Shown here in pieces: positions 62,204 through 64,000 of a DNA stretch of 64,000 nucleotides. Made by a program: the position numbers and the translations under genes. The stretch's first letter is position 1. Each line of letters starts with the position of its first letter. Location: the NCBI GenBank assembly GCA_965277715.1, contig OZ255836.1, forward strand, positions 640,001 to 704,000, given 5' to 3'. Below the pieces are notes generated by a model that saw nothing but the letters and a program-made list of their open reading frames with translations, had not been told where the DNA came from and made no database searches. This stretch comes from Gammaproteobacteria bacterium. Its GTDB lineage: Bacteria > Pseudomonadota > Gammaproteobacteria > JBCCGL01.

Positions 62204-62965
62204 ATGGGTGACGAAAATACTTTATCCGAAAAAATAAGAAAGCATCCCGTCGTCGTTGTTCTGGCATTTATCGGTGCTGCAATCGTCGGTTTGGCAAGCT
62301 TTACAGAAGCGCTTGGAACAATAACGGAAAAAGCAAGGTGTATCCCTATCCATTTGTGATTTGATGATGGGTACAACGGAAAAGCCACGTTAAAGTATTC
62401 TACGCAACAAAGAGGTTGGGTAAATATTGGGGTTGTAAAGGAAATAAAACCGACAGGTAATCACCATTGTAGTCAGTATTGCCGGGGAGAGCCTACTAGA
62501 ACAAATTATCAGGTAAGCCTTTCAGTAAATGATTACCGAAGCCCTAGTTTAGGTGAAAGAAAACTCGTAGATCCCAAGCTAAAATGTAAATCAGGCCCTT
62601 GCAATGGTTGGAATCAAGTTCTAAATATTGGGCTTACAGGTGATGGGAAAACAGCTACAGCATCATTTGACGTATGGAGCAATCCAACATCATGGGAGCT
62701 AACTGCTAACGTTCTAGAATATCAAGTCGTTTCAGAAAAAATAGTAGAAAAAGATGTATCCATAAGCTCATTAATGCCACTTGAAGTGATTATTCCTACT
62801 AATGCGGTGTCTGCTACTCTTGGGGGTTCGATGAACGATGGAAAACCATTTTCTATTAAGCCTAGTGATAAAAGCAGTGACAATTTGTTTGTTTTTCAAT
62901 CGTCAACTGTAAGAGATGGGAATATTGAGCACACTTATCTTGTAAATGATGCAAGGTGTGAATAA
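62204..62965 (+). pseudogene. Cassette 2: membrane-anchored Cys-containing protein with an in-frame TGA at 62357
   Basis: AAGGA RBS, ATG 62204, TM, one TGA, then the same frame is open to TAA 62965. Confidence 0.75.
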
Positions 62966-62968
62966 TTG

Positions 62969-63054
62969 CGCTAACAACGCCATAAACTCGGACTCAAAAA
63001 GCTCCGCTCGTTCCTCGCTCTGCTTTTTGGGTCCGGTTATGTCTGGCGTTAAGT
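62969..63054 (+). repeat. attC site 2 (86 bp)
   Basis: CGCTAAC...CATAAACTCGGACTCAAAAAGC / GCTTTTTGGGTCCGGTTATG...GTTAAGT; R'' matches the GTTAGCG that starts the cassette. Confidence 0.92.
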
Positions 63055-63078
63055 TCAAATAAGGAATGGAGCGAAGTT

Positions 63079-63234
63079 ATGACAAAATATATCTGGCCTG
63101 CAATCATAGGCGCTTTAGCAGCAATATTTGTGGCGTTAATTCAATTTGTTGTTGCACCGATCGTTACCCAGCAGCAGCTAACTGATGCTAAAGAAAAAAG
63201 GGGTCAGGCTAGTTATTTACTATTTAAAAGATGA
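63079..63234 (+). pseudogene. Cassette 3 gene, truncated
   Basis: MTKYIWPAIIGALAAIFVALIQFVVAPIV... ends after 51 aa with no attC; sequence appears to switch at GGGGTCAGGCT (63200). Confidence 0.6.
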
Positions 63235-63255
63235 AAGTGTAGCGTGCCATTTTCT

Positions 63256-64000
63256 GGTTCCTCCCCGGTTTGTGTGAGGTTATAGTATTTCATCCTCCTT
63301 TGCTATTGAGAGACTCCGGTGCTATCGAGCCTTGAAGAACACTACAGCCAGCTCCTGGGTCTGACAGATGACTGGTCAGTGGTGTCAGTTGATTTAGACC
63401 CTTCAGGAAAGTATCCATTTCGTTGGCGTTTAGCGGCAACCACGGCCCTTGCTCGCACTGTGGAGAAGTGAGTCCGTTCTATGATCACCGTTCACAAGAG
63501 CGATCCTGGAGACACTTGGATACTGTGCAGTTTGAAACGCGCCTACACAGTCGCATTCCCCGAGTAAATTGCCTGGAGCATGGTGTTAAAAGTATGGCGT
63601 TACCCTGGGCAAGCAAGAACAGGTGAAAGCTGTCGCGATTGATAGGTGGCCTGCGTTCATTAATGCCGTTGAGGTAAAACTGTCAGACAGTGCGATTGTT
63701 CACGACCGTTTTCATATTAGCCAACACCTGAATAAGGCGGTGGATCAGGTCTTTCGTGATGAACATAGAGACCTTTTGTCACAGGGCGATACCCGGTTAA
63801 AAAAGAGTCGTTATCACTGGTTAAAAAACGAAGAAAATTTGTCTAACAAAGCAGCCGAGCACTTTGAGTCACTCAAGCATGATCAGTTATTGACAGCCCG
63901 AGCCTGGGCGATAAAAGAACTGTTTCGTGATTTCTGGATGTATAAGACAGCGGGTTGGGCAAAGCGTTTCTTTGACGAGTGGTATTCATGGGCAATTCGG
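63256..64000 (+). mobile_element. ISL3 family element with degenerate transposase (runs off the window)
   Basis: GGTTCCTCC end; HYSQLLGL, CSHCG, WRHLDT.QF.T, PRVNC.EHGV, LPWA; then VAID.W, IVHDRFH, KAVDQV, TARAWAIKE; frameshift and internal deletion. Confidence 0.9.

Noticed and set aside
60511-62965. Genome-wide UGA recoding (Trp or Sec)
   Set aside because: TGA ends many normal genes here (nthA, cheV, flgH, flgK, mreB) and the other IntI Trp codons are TGG

Overview
Gammaproteobacterial chromosome, probably marine; taxonomy is inferred from gene content only. 1-9 kb: catabolic genes (amidase end, malyl-CoA lyase, photolyase, Ser/Cys proline-racemase-like enzyme, cobalt-type nitrile hydratase operon, 2OG-Fe(II) oxygenase, Fe-ADH, PhzF, VOC). 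9.3-25 kb: flgNMA-cheV-flgBCDEFGHIJKL with readable sigma54 and sigma28 promoters, then a diguanylate cyclase. 25-52 kb: core genes (slyX, mreBCD, leuS-lptE-tatD, ffh, glcB) stripped of their usual neighbours and interleaved with accessory genes. These include a DMFase-like hydrolase divergent from a HAL-family lyase lacking the MIO motif, an AAA/DUF4143 ATPase, OCD, DUF1566, an exported cyclase, a HEAT protein, GST, a CyaC-like cyclase, a VWA/J-domain pair, an SDR and betC. 52-64 kb: an AT-richer, decaying island with three toxin-antitoxin loci, a group II intron 3' end, IS3 and ISL3 remnants, rtcR-rtcBA, and an integron (TGA-interrupted intI, attI, two attC cassettes, a truncated third) abutting the remnant of a second, different intI. 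Leads not in the ORF track: a CTAG-bounded palindromic mini-element in three copies, a perfect 40-bp palindrome, a 14-bp direct repeat punctuating the TA region, and several genes collapsed by internal deletion. All calls come from motif recognition by eye; no searches were run. No tRNA, rRNA or CRISPR array was seen.
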